Origin: Pseudomonadota bacterium
GTDB lineage: Bacteria; Pseudomonadota; Alphaproteobacteria; MPNO01; UBA830
DNA length: 64,000 bases
Direction of reading: 5' to 3'
Assembly: GCA_036339975.1 (NCBI GenBank)
Contig: JAYYZV010000005.1
Coordinates: forward strand, 2,099-66,098
Positions 29,356-39,134 of this stretch are shown piece after piece (position 1 is the first letter of the stretch; the number at the start of each line of letters is the position of its first letter). A model generated the notes under the pieces. The model was not told the origin of the DNA. It saw nothing but the letters and a program-made list of their open reading frames with translations, and ran no database searches. A program made the position numbers and the translations under genes.

Positions 29356-31710
29356 ATGGCGGATGACGGAGAGAGAAGTGCCAAGGGGATTGGTGCTCGG
29401 GTTCTGCGAAAGGAAGACGCACGTCACCTTACCGGTAAGGGGAAGTTCACATCCGATTTTAAACGTCCAGGGCAGAAGGAGATGGCATTCGTACGTAGTT
29501 CTGTCGCACATGCACGGATAAAATCGATTAATAAACCCGCGGGCTTCGAAAATGCGGTCTTTACGGCCGACGACTTGTCAGATTTGAAACCGATGCGTGC
29601 CCCGTCTAAGCTTCCTGGCTACAAGGCATCTGATTACCCGTCTCTCGCTATTAACAAAGTTCGCTTTGCGGGGGAACCTGTTGCAGTTTGCGTTGCCGAC
29701 AGCCGCGCCGAAGCCGAAGATATAGCCCAGTTGGTCAAGGTCGAGTACGACCTGCTGCCAGCGGTGACTGACATGTTGGCAGCTAAGGCCGCCGATGCGG
29801 CCCTGCTCCATGAGGAGTGGGAGAACAATATAGTCTTTGAAACATTCTCAGACGATGACTTCTCGAAAATCGCTGATGAAGCCACGGTCATCATTAAACG
29901 GGAGTACCGGATGAACCGTCAGGCGATGAACCCGATGGAAGGAAAAGCAGTCTTCGCTGAATGGGACGACCGGCAGGACCAGTTGATGGTTTGGACATCG
30001 ACGCAGGTGCCGCATCTTATCCGCACAGGGCTGGCCGAGTTCCTTGATCTGGAACAGCGTCAGGTGCGGGTAATTGCGCCAGATGTCGGTGGCGGATTCG
30101 GGTGCAAAGCGCTGCTGCAGCCGGAAGAACTGATTGCCGGTTGGCTGGCCCGGAAACTCGAATGCCCTATCCGCTGGGTAGAGGACCGGCGGGAGCATCT
30201 GGTGACCGGCGCAAACTGCCGCGAACATCATTACTTTGTTACCTTGCACGCCACGCCGGACGGCCGCATGCTGGGACTTGACTGCGATGTAACGGTCGAT
30301 GCAGGGGCGTATTCGGTTTATCCATTTACCAATGGGCTGGAAGGCGCTATGGCGCACGGCAATCTGCCGGGGCCTTATGATATAAAGGCTTATCGCTGTC
30401 GCACCCAGACTATGGTCACCAACAAGCCGGGGTTGATGCCCTATCGCGGCGTGGCGCGTCCCGGCGTTTGCTACGCGATGGAAATGACTATCGATGCGCT
30501 GGCTCGGGAAATTGGGATGGAGGCACATGAAATCCGTATGAAAAATATGGTGCCCGAGAGCGCCATGCCGTTCATGTCGATCGCTAATAAGCATTTCGAT
30601 AGCGGAAACTATGCAAAAAGTGTGGAGATGGCGGCTGAGATGATCGGCCTTAAAGAAATCCGAGCTGCACAGACAGAAATGGATACTGAAGGCAGACTGA
30701 CCGGCGTCGGAATGGGTTCCTATGTTGAACAAACCGCACACGGCACGTCGGTGTTTTCGAGTTGGGGTGTTGCCATGGTGCCAGGCTACGAGCAGGCGAC
30801 CGTGCGCCTCACGCCGGATGGTGGACTAGAACTACGAATCGGCGTGCAGAGCCACGGCCAGGGTATGGAAACTTCGATGGCGCAAATGGCCTACGAGGTG
30901 CTAGGCATTGATCCGGAAAATGTAATGGTAACACACGGCGATACCGGGCTGACGCCTTATTCGACCGGGACATACGCCTCGCGCTCGATGGTTATGGCTG
31001 GCGGCGCGACCGCGCGGGCCTGTCGGGTATTGGCTGAGCGGATGGAAATCATCGGCGCGCATCTCTTGCAATGCGAACGAGCCGAGGCCAGCATCGTTGG
31101 CGGAAAGGTCGTCAGCGGCAAAGGTGAGGTATCCTTCGCCGAGATCGGTCGGGTCTGGTACCTCAACCCCGACGAACTGCCGGAAAACGTCGACCAGGGT
31201 GGTGTCGAAGTGACCATGGGTTATCGCCCGGAGCCCGACTCGGGCGCATTTACATACGCCAGCCATGCCTGCAAGGTTTCCGTGGATATAGAAACCGGCA
31301 AGGTGAAGGTTCTGGATTACGCAATAGTTGAGGATTGTGGCACCATGGTGAATCCAATGATCGTAGAGGGTCAGACCTATGGCGGTGCGACTCAGGGTAT
31401 CGGTACTGCGCTGCTGGAAGAAAGCCCTTATGACGATATGGGAAACCCCGGCGCATCAACCTTTGCTGATTACATGATGCCTAGTGCCACCGACGCGCCG
31501 CAATACCGGATTGATCACATGGAAAGCCCGTCGCCGTTCACTGAGTATGGGATAAAGGGAATGGGCGAGGGTGGAACGATACCGACGCCTGCTGCGATCG
31601 GAAATGCAATAAACGATGCGCTGAAACAGATCGGCGCCGAGGTTGTGGAAACACCGTTCACGCCACGTCGGGTGCGAGCAGCGATTGCTGCGGCACAGAC
31701 AAACCGATAA
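29356..31710 (+). CDS. xanthine-dehydrogenase/CoxL-family molybdopterin-binding large subunit, copy 1
   Basis: ORF 29350-31710 (ATG 29356 after GGGGAGGA). GIGARVLRKED, DVGGGFG, PYRGVARPG, GMGEGGTIP. Confidence 0.85.
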   Translation: MADDGERSAKGIGARVLRKEDARHLTGKGKFTSDFKRPGQKEMAFVRSSVAHARIKSINKPAGFENAVFTADDLSDLKPMRAPSKLPGYKASDYPSLAINKVRFAGEPVAVCVADSRAEAEDIAQLVKVEYDLLPAVTDMLAAKAADAALLHEEWENNIVFETFSDDDFSKIADEATVIIKREYRMNRQAMNPMEGKAVFAEWDDRQDQLMVWTSTQVPHLIRTGLAEFLDLEQRQVRVIAPDVGGGFGCKALLQPEELIAGWLARKLECPIRWVEDRREHLVTGANCREHHYFVTLHATPDGRMLGLDCDVTVDAGAYSVYPFTNGLEGAMAHGNLPGPYDIKAYRCRTQTMVTNKPGLMPYRGVARPGVCYAMEMTIDALAREIGMEAHEIRMKNMVPESAMPFMSIANKHFDSGNYAKSVEMAAEMIGLKEIRAAQTEMDTEGRLTGVGMGSYVEQTAHGTSVFSSWGVAMVPGYEQATVRLTPDGGLELRIGVQSHGQGMETSMAQMAYEVLGIDPENVMVTHGDTGLTPYSTGTYASRSMVMAGGATARACRVLAERMEIIGAHLLQCERAEASIVGGKVVSGKGEVSFAEIGRVWYLNPDELPENVDQGGVEVTMGYRPEPDSGAFTYASHACKVSVDIETGKVKVLDYAIVEDCGTMVNPMIVEGQTYGGATQGIGTALLEESPYDDMGNPGASTFADYMMPSATDAPQYRIDHMESPSPFTEYGIKGMGEGGTIPTPAAIGNAINDALKQIGAEVVETPFTPRRVRAAIAAAQTNR

Positions 31711-31721
31711 GGAGACGCGAA

Positions 31722-32537
31722 ATGAAACCTGCAAAGTTTGAACATCAGCGTATGACGTCGGTGGATGATGCGGTAAAGGCATTGGGAGAGGCCGATAAAG
31801 AAATTCGGGTTCTTGGCGGCGGTCAGTCACTGGGACCGATGATGAATTTACGCCTTGCGCAGCCTGACGTCTTGCTTGATCTCAGTCGGGTCGACGGTCT
31901 GACCGATATCGAGGAAGACGGCAATAGGCTGAAAATCGGTTCCCGAGTGACCCATGCCCGGATCGAGGATGGCGAAGTTCCCGGAACCACAGGCGCCTAC
32001 ATGCAGTTTGTTGCATCGGGCATTTCGTATCGCTCCGTTCGCAACCGCGGTACCATAGGGGGGTCGGTTGCACACTCGGATCCCGCCGCTGACTGGCCCT
32101 CGGCGCTATTGGCTCTAGGCGGTCACGTGACAGCTGCAGGCCCTGAGGGGCTGCGGACGATTTCGCTCGACGGATTTACGGTAGGGCCGTTTTCTACCGG
32201 TCTTGGTTTTGACGAGGTATTAACCGGTTTTGAGCTCGCTGTTCTCGGACCAGGCGCGCGATGGGGCTACTACAAGGTGAACCGAAAACCAGGTGAGTTC
32301 GCAGATGCGATCGGAGCAATTACTGTAGGCGCGGAACCGCGTGCGGTATGCGGAGCGACGGAGTCTGCGCCGTTCCGAGTGCCAGAAATTGAGCAACGGC
32401 TATCTGCCGGTGCCGACGAGCTATCTGTTGTAGACGCGCGAAATATTCTCGAAGAGCACGATACTGGCTTTGACGATTACGAATTACAGATACATGCTGT
32501 CGCGCTGAGCCGTGCGGTAAAGAGGGCCTTCGAATGA
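31722..32537 (+). CDS. molybdenum hydroxylase FAD-binding medium subunit (CoxM-like)
   Basis: 271 aa. GGGQSLGPMMNLR, RNRGTIGGS. Confidence 0.85.
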   Translation: MKPAKFEHQRMTSVDDAVKALGEADKEIRVLGGGQSLGPMMNLRLAQPDVLLDLSRVDGLTDIEEDGNRLKIGSRVTHARIEDGEVPGTTGAYMQFVASGISYRSVRNRGTIGGSVAHSDPAADWPSALLALGGHVTAAGPEGLRTISLDGFTVGPFSTGLGFDEVLTGFELAVLGPGARWGYYKVNRKPGEFADAIGAITVGAEPRAVCGATESAPFRVPEIEQRLSAGADELSVVDARNILEEHDTGFDDYELQIHAVALSRAVKRAFE

Positions 32538-33001
32538 CAGAGTTATCGTTAAAAATAAACGGCGAGGACATTGCCGCTGATGTCGAACATCGCCTTTCAT
32601 TAGCGGACTTCATCCGAGATCATCGGCGTCTAACGGGGACGCATCTGGGTTGCGAACACGGTGTGTGCGGCGCATGCACGGTTCTCATGGACGGCGAACC
32701 GGTTCGCTCTTGCATTACTCTTGCGGCTGTGGCGGATGGGACTGAAATCACTACCATCGAAGGCTTCGATGATGATGAACCCATGTCGGACCTGCGGCAG
32801 GCGTTTCATGAGAACCACGCCCTGCAATGCGGTTACTGTACACCCGGTATGCTAATAGCGGCGCGCGATATCGTTACCCGCCTGCCGGATGCCGAGGAGG
32901 ACCGTGTCAGGCTTGAACTCGCTGGCAATCTCTGCAGGTGTACAGGATACGTCGGCATAGTGAAGGCGATTCTTTCGGTTCTGGATCAGGGCCGCGCCTA
33001 A
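32534..33001 (+). CDS. molybdenum hydroxylase (2Fe-2S)-binding small subunit (CoxS-like)
   Basis: 155 aa. CEHGVCGACTV, QCGYCTPGM, CRCTGY. ATGA overlap with the medium subunit gene. Confidence 0.9.
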   Translation: MTELSLKINGEDIAADVEHRLSLADFIRDHRRLTGTHLGCEHGVCGACTVLMDGEPVRSCITLAAVADGTEITTIEGFDDDEPMSDLRQAFHENHALQCGYCTPGMLIAARDIVTRLPDAEEDRVRLELAGNLCRCTGYVGIVKAILSVLDQGRA

Positions 33002-33031
33002 GAGGCGGCATAATGGAGAGGTAACTCGGTA

Positions 33032-35371
33032 ATGCCGGATGGAGCGATGGGTCAGGGCATCGGGGCCAGCGTACTGCGCAAGGAAGACAAGCGGTTTCTG
33101 AGGGGCCATGGTCGCTATGTCGCGGATATTGCGAGACCCCGCATGCTCGAAGCAGCGATCGCACGGAGTCCAGTCGCGCACGCGAATGGCCTTAAAGTTG
33201 TCAAACCGCCGGGCGATGAAGCGCGGGTGTTCATAGCGGATGACATGGCTGCAGACGGTGTCGAGCCGATCCATGTCGTTTCTAAGTTTCCCGGGCACAA
33301 GGCGTCGGATTATCCCCATCTTGCGACTGATAAGTTACGTTTTGTTGGCGAAGCGATTGCGGTCTGCCTAGCGGATAACCGTGCAGCCGCTGAGGACCTC
33401 GTTGCAAAGACCCAAATTTCGTTCGATCCGTTGCCGCCGGTGGTTGAGATGCTGGATGCTGTCGAAAATCCTCCCGCCTTGGTCTACGATGACTGGGGAG
33501 ACAATGTAATTCTTGATTCTCGGTTCGAAGAGAATGTTGATGGAATTAATAGTGCGGCGGTCTCCGTGACCCGCTCGCTGCGGATGAACCGGCAAGCTGT
33601 TAACCCTCTGGAAGGTGCGGCGGTGCTGGCGGAATGGGATCCACGCGATGAACGTCTAGTGGTTCATAGCTCATCGCAGATACCCCATATTCTTAAAAAT
33701 GCGCTCTGTGAGTGCTTGGGGCTTCGACAGAGCCAAGTCCACGTTATAGCGCCGGATGTCGGCGGAGGGTTTGGCTATAAATGTGTGTTAATCCCAGAGG
33801 AAATTTATATTCCCTGGGTTGCCATGCAGGTGAAGCGCCCAGTGCGTTGGATTCAGGATCGTCGCGAACATCTGGTGGCTGCGGCAAATGCTCGTGAGCA
33901 CCACTACTCAGTTACGCTCCATGCTGATGCAGATGGAACCTTCATCGGCGTAGAGGCGGATATCGTTGTCGATTCGGGAGCCTATTCCGTCTATCCACAT
34001 TCAAATATTCTTGAGTCGACCATGGCTGGACGCACGCTTCATGGGCCATACAAATTCTCGGCTTACAAGGTGAGGTCGCGGGCCGTGGCGACTAACAAAC
34101 CGCCAATTGTACCGTATCGCGGTGTTGCCCGACCCGGCATATGCTTTGCAATGGAACTCGCGGTCGACGCAATGGCGCGTCAACTGGGACGCGAGCCCTA
34201 CGATCTGAGGATGCAGAACCTCGTTCCCGGTGACGCTATGCCCTACAAAACCATCACAGGCGGTGAGTTTGACAGCGGTGATTACCCCGAAGCATTACGC
34301 CGTGCCGGTTCTCTTATAAATGTGGCTGCGGTCCGAGAAAGGCAGGCAAATCGCGAGGCCGACGGCTGCCTGATCGGCGTCGGGTTTGGGTGCTATATCG
34401 AAATGACGGCTTTACAAACCTCTGCGGCGGCGAGGGCGGGCCTTGCCGCCATTCCTGGATACGAGCAGGCGCATATCAGGCTAACGCCTGATGGTGGATT
34501 GGAGATAGGCGTCGGGGTCCAGAACCATGGACAAGGTATGGAAACGACACTCGCACAGGTCGCTTGCGAACGTTTAGGTGTCGACATCGACATGGTTGCG
34601 GTGCGTCACGGAGATACAGCGACCTCACCGTATTCGACAGGGACCTATGCATCACGCTCCCTGATCATGGCCGGGGGGGCTGTTGCGCGGACCTGCGATG
34701 TGCTCGGTGAAAATATTCGGCGCATAGGGGCACATCTGCTCCAATGCGAGTTTGATGACACCCGAATAGAGGCCGCCTCCGTTGTGGGGCCGTCCGGCAA
34801 TGTGACGTTTGAGGAGGTCGCCCGCGTTTGGCATCGCAACCCGGAGGAGTTGCCGGCCGACATTGATCCAGCGGGTGTTGAAGTAACTTCAGGTTTCCGG
34901 CCAAAGCCCGACAACAGTCCGTTTTCTTATGCCACCCATGCCTGTATCGTTTCGGTCGACCCCGAACTAGGGCAGGTCGAAATACTGGATTACGTGATTT
35001 CGGAGGATTGCGGCACCATCGTCAATCCGATGGTCGTTGATGGTCAGATCATCGGTGGAGCCCTGCAGGGTGTTGGTACGGCGCTGCTTGAAGAGTCACG
35101 GTATGATGCGGATGGGCAGCCATTATCCTCTACATTTGCCGATTACACGATGCCGGGATCGACGCAGCTGCCGAAACTGCGTCTGGACCACCTCGTCACT
35201 CCCTCGCCGCTGACGGAGTACGGGGTGAAAGGACTAGGCGAGGGTGGGGCTATTCCGCCCCCCGCGGCGATTGCAAATGCTGTCAACGATGCACTGCGTG
35301 GATTTAATGTCGAAGTAACAGAGACCCCCATCACGCCGCGCCGCGTTCTGGCAACCATCGCAGGCGAATAA
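33032..35371 (+). CDS. xanthine-dehydrogenase/CoxL-family molybdopterin-binding large subunit, copy 2
   Basis: 779 aa, collinear with copy 1 over its full length. GIGASVLRKED, DVGGGFG, PYRGVARPG, GLGEGGAIP. Confidence 0.85.
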   Translation: MPDGAMGQGIGASVLRKEDKRFLRGHGRYVADIARPRMLEAAIARSPVAHANGLKVVKPPGDEARVFIADDMAADGVEPIHVVSKFPGHKASDYPHLATDKLRFVGEAIAVCLADNRAAAEDLVAKTQISFDPLPPVVEMLDAVENPPALVYDDWGDNVILDSRFEENVDGINSAAVSVTRSLRMNRQAVNPLEGAAVLAEWDPRDERLVVHSSSQIPHILKNALCECLGLRQSQVHVIAPDVGGGFGYKCVLIPEEIYIPWVAMQVKRPVRWIQDRREHLVAAANAREHHYSVTLHADADGTFIGVEADIVVDSGAYSVYPHSNILESTMAGRTLHGPYKFSAYKVRSRAVATNKPPIVPYRGVARPGICFAMELAVDAMARQLGREPYDLRMQNLVPGDAMPYKTITGGEFDSGDYPEALRRAGSLINVAAVRERQANREADGCLIGVGFGCYIEMTALQTSAAARAGLAAIPGYEQAHIRLTPDGGLEIGVGVQNHGQGMETTLAQVACERLGVDIDMVAVRHGDTATSPYSTGTYASRSLIMAGGAVARTCDVLGENIRRIGAHLLQCEFDDTRIEAASVVGPSGNVTFEEVARVWHRNPEELPADIDPAGVEVTSGFRPKPDNSPFSYATHACIVSVDPELGQVEILDYVISEDCGTIVNPMVVDGQIIGGALQGVGTALLEESRYDADGQPLSSTFADYTMPGSTQLPKLRLDHLVTPSPLTEYGVKGLGEGGAIPPPAAIANAVNDALRGFNVEVTETPITPRRVLATIAGE

Positions 35372-35539
35372 GCATACATGTCGGCATCCAACAATAATTT
35401 CGATTTTTTCCCTATTAACGGCGGGGCGGCTCCTTTCGAGGTTTTCACGTCGCAAACAGCTGTTTGTCATACGTTGATACCGACAAAATCTTATTGCTGC
35501 GGTATGATTTGTTAAAAATTAATTAGAGAACCCATAGAG

Positions 35540-36886
35540 ATGAGTAGAGACCGCAAGATCAAACTGAACGCGTTTATGCGGCCGACGACCATTCACACAG
35601 GTAGCTGGCGTTGGCCCGGTGCATATGCAGATGCGAATTTCAATTTCCAACATATAAAAAGTTTCGCGCAGCGGCTCGAAGAAGCAAAGTTCGACAGCTT
35701 TTTTATGGCCGATCACTTGGCGGTTCTCAATATGCCGGTGGAAGCATTGCGTCGGTCAACAACACCAACCTCGTTTGAGCCTTTCACTCTGTTGTCCGCC
35801 CTGTCTATGGTCACAAAAAACCTTGGTTTAATGGCGACTGGTTCGACCACCTACGACGAGCCTTATCACATTGCGCGGCGCTTCGCCTCGCTAGATCATA
35901 TAAGCGGCGGACGGGCAGGGTGGAATATTGTGACCACCTCCAACCCCGATGCGTCGAAAAATTTCGGCAAGGAAGATCACCTTGAGCATGCCGAGAGATA
36001 TCGGCGTGCGCGGGAATTTTATGAGGTGGTTACAGGGCTCTGGGACAGCTGGGCCGAAGATGCCTTTGTCCGCGATCAGGAATCGGGTTTTTTCATGGAT
36101 CCCGAGAAAATGCACGTCTTGGATCACAAGGGGGATTTTTTCAATGTTCGAGGGCCTCTAAATATTGCAAGGCCGGTACAGGGTTGGCCAGTTATAGTGC
36201 AGGCTGGGGGATCTGATGCGGGGCGCCAGCTCGCCGCCGAAACGGCAGAAGCGGTGTTTGCGGCTCAAAGTAGCCTTGAGGCCGGGCAGGCCTTCTATGC
36301 TGATGTAAAGGGTAGGATGAAGAAAATTGGACGTCGCCCCGATCAACTAAAAATCATGCCGGGGTGTTTGATCGTGGTCGGGGACACAATAGATGAAGCC
36401 AAGAAAAAACGCTCCAAGCTAGATAGCCTCGTGCACGAGGAAAGCGCAATTGCGTCGCTCTCTATCACCTTGGGCGTGGATGTGTCTAAATTCGATCCAG
36501 ATGGACCGCTTCCGGATAATCTGGCGGAAAGCAATGCCACAAAATCGGGTCGTGATCGGGCAATCTTGCTGGCGGAGACGGAAGGGCTGAGCGTTCGTCA
36601 GTTGGCACAGAGGTTGGGCGGATATTCTGGGCTTGCCATGGTCGGAACGCCGGAATCTATTGCTGATGATATGGAGGAATGGCTCGAAACCCGTGGCAGT
36701 GACGGGTTTACCATCATGTTCCCTTACCTGCCGCAAGGGCTAGACGATGTTGTTGACCGGATTATCCCAGAAATTCAGCGCCGCGGGCTTTTCCGGACGG
36801 AGTACGAAGGAACGACCTTGCGAGACAATCTGGGCCTTTCGCGCCCCGAAAATCGATTTTTCACTAATCAACAGGCGGCAGAGTAA
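35540..36886 (+). CDS. LLM-class flavin-dependent monooxygenase, NtaA/SnaA/DszA subfamily
   Basis: 448 aa. KLNAFMRPTTIHTGSWRWPGA, FDSFFMADH, SGGRAGWNIVTS-like block, FTIMFPYLP. Confidence 0.8.
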   Translation: MSRDRKIKLNAFMRPTTIHTGSWRWPGAYADANFNFQHIKSFAQRLEEAKFDSFFMADHLAVLNMPVEALRRSTTPTSFEPFTLLSALSMVTKNLGLMATGSTTYDEPYHIARRFASLDHISGGRAGWNIVTTSNPDASKNFGKEDHLEHAERYRRAREFYEVVTGLWDSWAEDAFVRDQESGFFMDPEKMHVLDHKGDFFNVRGPLNIARPVQGWPVIVQAGGSDAGRQLAAETAEAVFAAQSSLEAGQAFYADVKGRMKKIGRRPDQLKIMPGCLIVVGDTIDEAKKKRSKLDSLVHEESAIASLSITLGVDVSKFDPDGPLPDNLAESNATKSGRDRAILLAETEGLSVRQLAQRLGGYSGLAMVGTPESIADDMEEWLETRGSDGFTIMFPYLPQGLDDVVDRIIPEIQRRGLFRTEYEGTTLRDNLGLSRPENRFFTNQQAAE

Positions 36887-36965
36887 GATACTTCGACCCG
36901 CCTAGTAGATTTTCGGTGCAAAGCTGCTACATAAGAACTATACGATTCTAAATACAGGAGGCAGC

Positions 36966-38108
36966 GTGCCTGGCTTGACCGACCTAGATCCCGATGGGCT
37001 TCTCGAATATTCCGTGGTCTTCACTGACCGCTCCCTGAACCACATGTCGCAGACCTTTCAGGGTGTAATGACGGAGATTTCTTCAACTCTGAAGCGCGTT
37101 TATAACTCTCATTCCGTCGCACTCGTGCCTGGCGGCGGCACCTATGGCATGGAGTCTGTTGCACGACAATTCGGCAGTGGGCGCAAATGCCTCGTCATTC
37201 GTAATGGATGGTTTAGTTATCGCTGGTCGCAGATTTTCGAGGCTGGTGGTATTCCTTCGGAAGAAATAGTGCTCAAGGCGCGCTCTGTCGAGCAAGGTCG
37301 TCAGGCGGCTTTTGCGCCGCCACCCATTGAAGATGTCGTATCTGCGATTGAGACCGAGCAGCCAGATATAGTCTTCGCACCGCATGTCGAAACTTCTTCT
37401 GGCATGATTCTGCCTGACGATTACTTGCGTCGGGTCGCTGATGCCGTTCACAGCGTCGGCGGCCTTTTTATACTCGACTGCATTGCATCGGGTACGATTT
37501 GGATAGATATGGAGAATATAGGAATCGACGTGCTTATCAGCGCCCCCCAGAAGGGGTGGAGCGCATCGCCGTGTAGCGCGTTGGTTATGTTTGGAGAAAC
37601 CGCCTACGAACGCATTGGTGATACTACAAGTTCAAGTTTTGCCGCTGACCTTAAGAAATGGCTTCAAATAATGGAAGCCTACGAGGCTGGCGGGCATGCT
37701 TATCATGCGACCATGCCGACCGACGCGATCGTGAAGTTCCATGCGTCGATGACTGAAACCGATGCGTATGGTTTCGATAAGGTCTGTGACGAGCAGCAGG
37801 AATTGGGCGATCGAGTCCGCGCTCTGATGGCGTCCCACGGTTTCAAGAGTCTGGCGGCATCCGGCTACGGCGCCCCCGGCGTCGTGGTCTGTTATACCGA
37901 TGACCCTGATGTACAAAATGGAAGCAAGTTTGCCGCCGCCGGCCTACAGACAGCTGCTGGTGTACCGTTGATGTGTGACGAGCCCGATGATTTTCGCACC
38001 TTCCGCGTTGGCCTATTCGGTCTCGACAAACTTCACAATATCGAACGCACTGTCAGCAATCTTGATAGTGCACTTGCTGAAGTGACTGGCGGGACGAACG
38101 TCCGTTAG
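36966..38108 (+). CDS. class-V (AGT/PhnW-like) pyridoxal-phosphate aminotransferase
   Basis: 380 aa, GTG start. VVFTDRSLNHMS, ALVPGGGTYGMES, and SAPQKGWSA (candidate PLP-lysine context). Confidence 0.7.
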   Translation: MPGLTDLDPDGLLEYSVVFTDRSLNHMSQTFQGVMTEISSTLKRVYNSHSVALVPGGGTYGMESVARQFGSGRKCLVIRNGWFSYRWSQIFEAGGIPSEEIVLKARSVEQGRQAAFAPPPIEDVVSAIETEQPDIVFAPHVETSSGMILPDDYLRRVADAVHSVGGLFILDCIASGTIWIDMENIGIDVLISAPQKGWSASPCSALVMFGETAYERIGDTTSSSFAADLKKWLQIMEAYEAGGHAYHATMPTDAIVKFHASMTETDAYGFDKVCDEQQELGDRVRALMASHGFKSLAASGYGAPGVVVCYTDDPDVQNGSKFAAAGLQTAAGVPLMCDEPDDFRTFRVGLFGLDKLHNIERTVSNLDSALAEVTGGTNVR

Positions 38109-38148
38109 TTTCTCGTTAGAGGCGGCCGACGAGCTCTCGGATAATGTT

Positions 38149-38964
38149 CTATAACGTTGCCGCCATCTTTTGGCGTGTTTTTTGGTCAGGCATAGGTCCA
38201 TCGCCGACAGCGAGTAAATCTGCCATATGCATCGGGTTTGACGTGCCCGGGATCGAGCAGGTAACGCCGGGATGAGAAATAACGTACTTGAGGCAGTATT
38301 GTGCCCATGTTGTGCACTCCAGCTCAGATGCAAGACCCGGCAGTGGACGTTGGGACAGCCGTGACAGAAGCCCGCCACCACCGAAGGGCAAGTTAATAAG
38401 TGTGGCGATGCCGTTGGCGTGGCAGAAAGGTAGGACGCTGTCTTCCGCAGCGGGTTCGTCAATAGAATAGCAAAATTGGACGAAGTCGACAGGCTTGTCG
38501 CGCACAGCTTTGATCAATTCGTCAAATGCCTGCGGCCGATAATGACTGTACCCGAGATACCGGATACGCCCCTCATTTTTCCATCCACGCATGGTGTCTA
38601 ACTGGGTTTGCCAATCAACTAGGTTATGGACCTGCATCAAGTCGATGACATCCGTTCTGAACAAGCGGAAGGAGGCTTCCATCTCCGCGATTCCCTGGGG
38701 TCGGCCATGGGTCCAAACCTTGGTGGCGATGAAGGTTTCATCACGGCGCCCCAAATCAGCCAAAAGATCACCGACTACCTCTTCTGCTCGGCCATACATG
38801 GGTGACGAATCGATCACTGAGGCTTCGGCGTTGAGAAGCGTTTCGAGGATAGCGCGGCGGTCGTTCCGCTCAGACAAACCGGATCCGATGTCAAATCCGC
38901 GCCAGGTGCCAACGCCGACGGCGGCGATCTTCTCACCCGAGGAGGGTATGCTTCTTTTCAGCAT
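38149..38964 (-). CDS. aldo/keto reductase
   Basis: 271 aa. VGVGTWRGF, IDSSPMYGRAEE, KVW, IRYLGYSHY. Confidence 0.8.
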   Translation of the reverse strand: MLKRSIPSSGEKIAAVGVGTWRGFDIGSGLSERNDRRAILETLLNAEASVIDSSPMYGRAEEVVGDLLADLGRRDETFIATKVWTHGRPQGIAEMEASFRLFRTDVIDLMQVHNLVDWQTQLDTMRGWKNEGRIRYLGYSHYRPQAFDELIKAVRDKPVDFVQFCYSIDEPAAEDSVLPFCHANGIATLINLPFGGGGLLSRLSQRPLPGLASELECTTWAQYCLKYVISHPGVTCSIPGTSNPMHMADLLAVGDGPMPDQKTRQKMAATL

Positions 38965-38995
38965 TTTCCGGAAATTAGCCTATTTTCCGTTGGCA

Positions 38996-39033
38996 TAAAA
39001 ACCATCCGGCCCGTCGCTTATCCAGCCGGGCCG
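38996..39033 (-). terminator. possible Rho-independent terminator downstream of the 39135-39578 gene
   Basis: Minus strand reads CGGCCCG-13 nt-CGGGCCG (39033-39007), then GATGGTTTTTATG. The large loop lowers confidence. Confidence 0.35.
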
Positions 39034-39134
39034 AGGGATTACCGTTATGGGTAGAAGATAAAACATTGGCTCGGTATTCTTAATTTTTTCGGCAAACATG
39101 GGTTTTTCGGTCGAATGAAAGAGAATGCTGACAC

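Noticed and set aside
29848-30741. 297-aa antisense ORF within the first Mo-hydroxylase large-subunit gene. Similar long antisense ORFs occur at 61468-62043, 62770-63258, 43926-44618 and 58345-68968-type positions.
   Set aside because: These are typical antisense open frames of moderately GC-rich coding DNA. They have no motifs or Shine-Dalgarno sequences, and the opposite strand encodes well-supported proteins.
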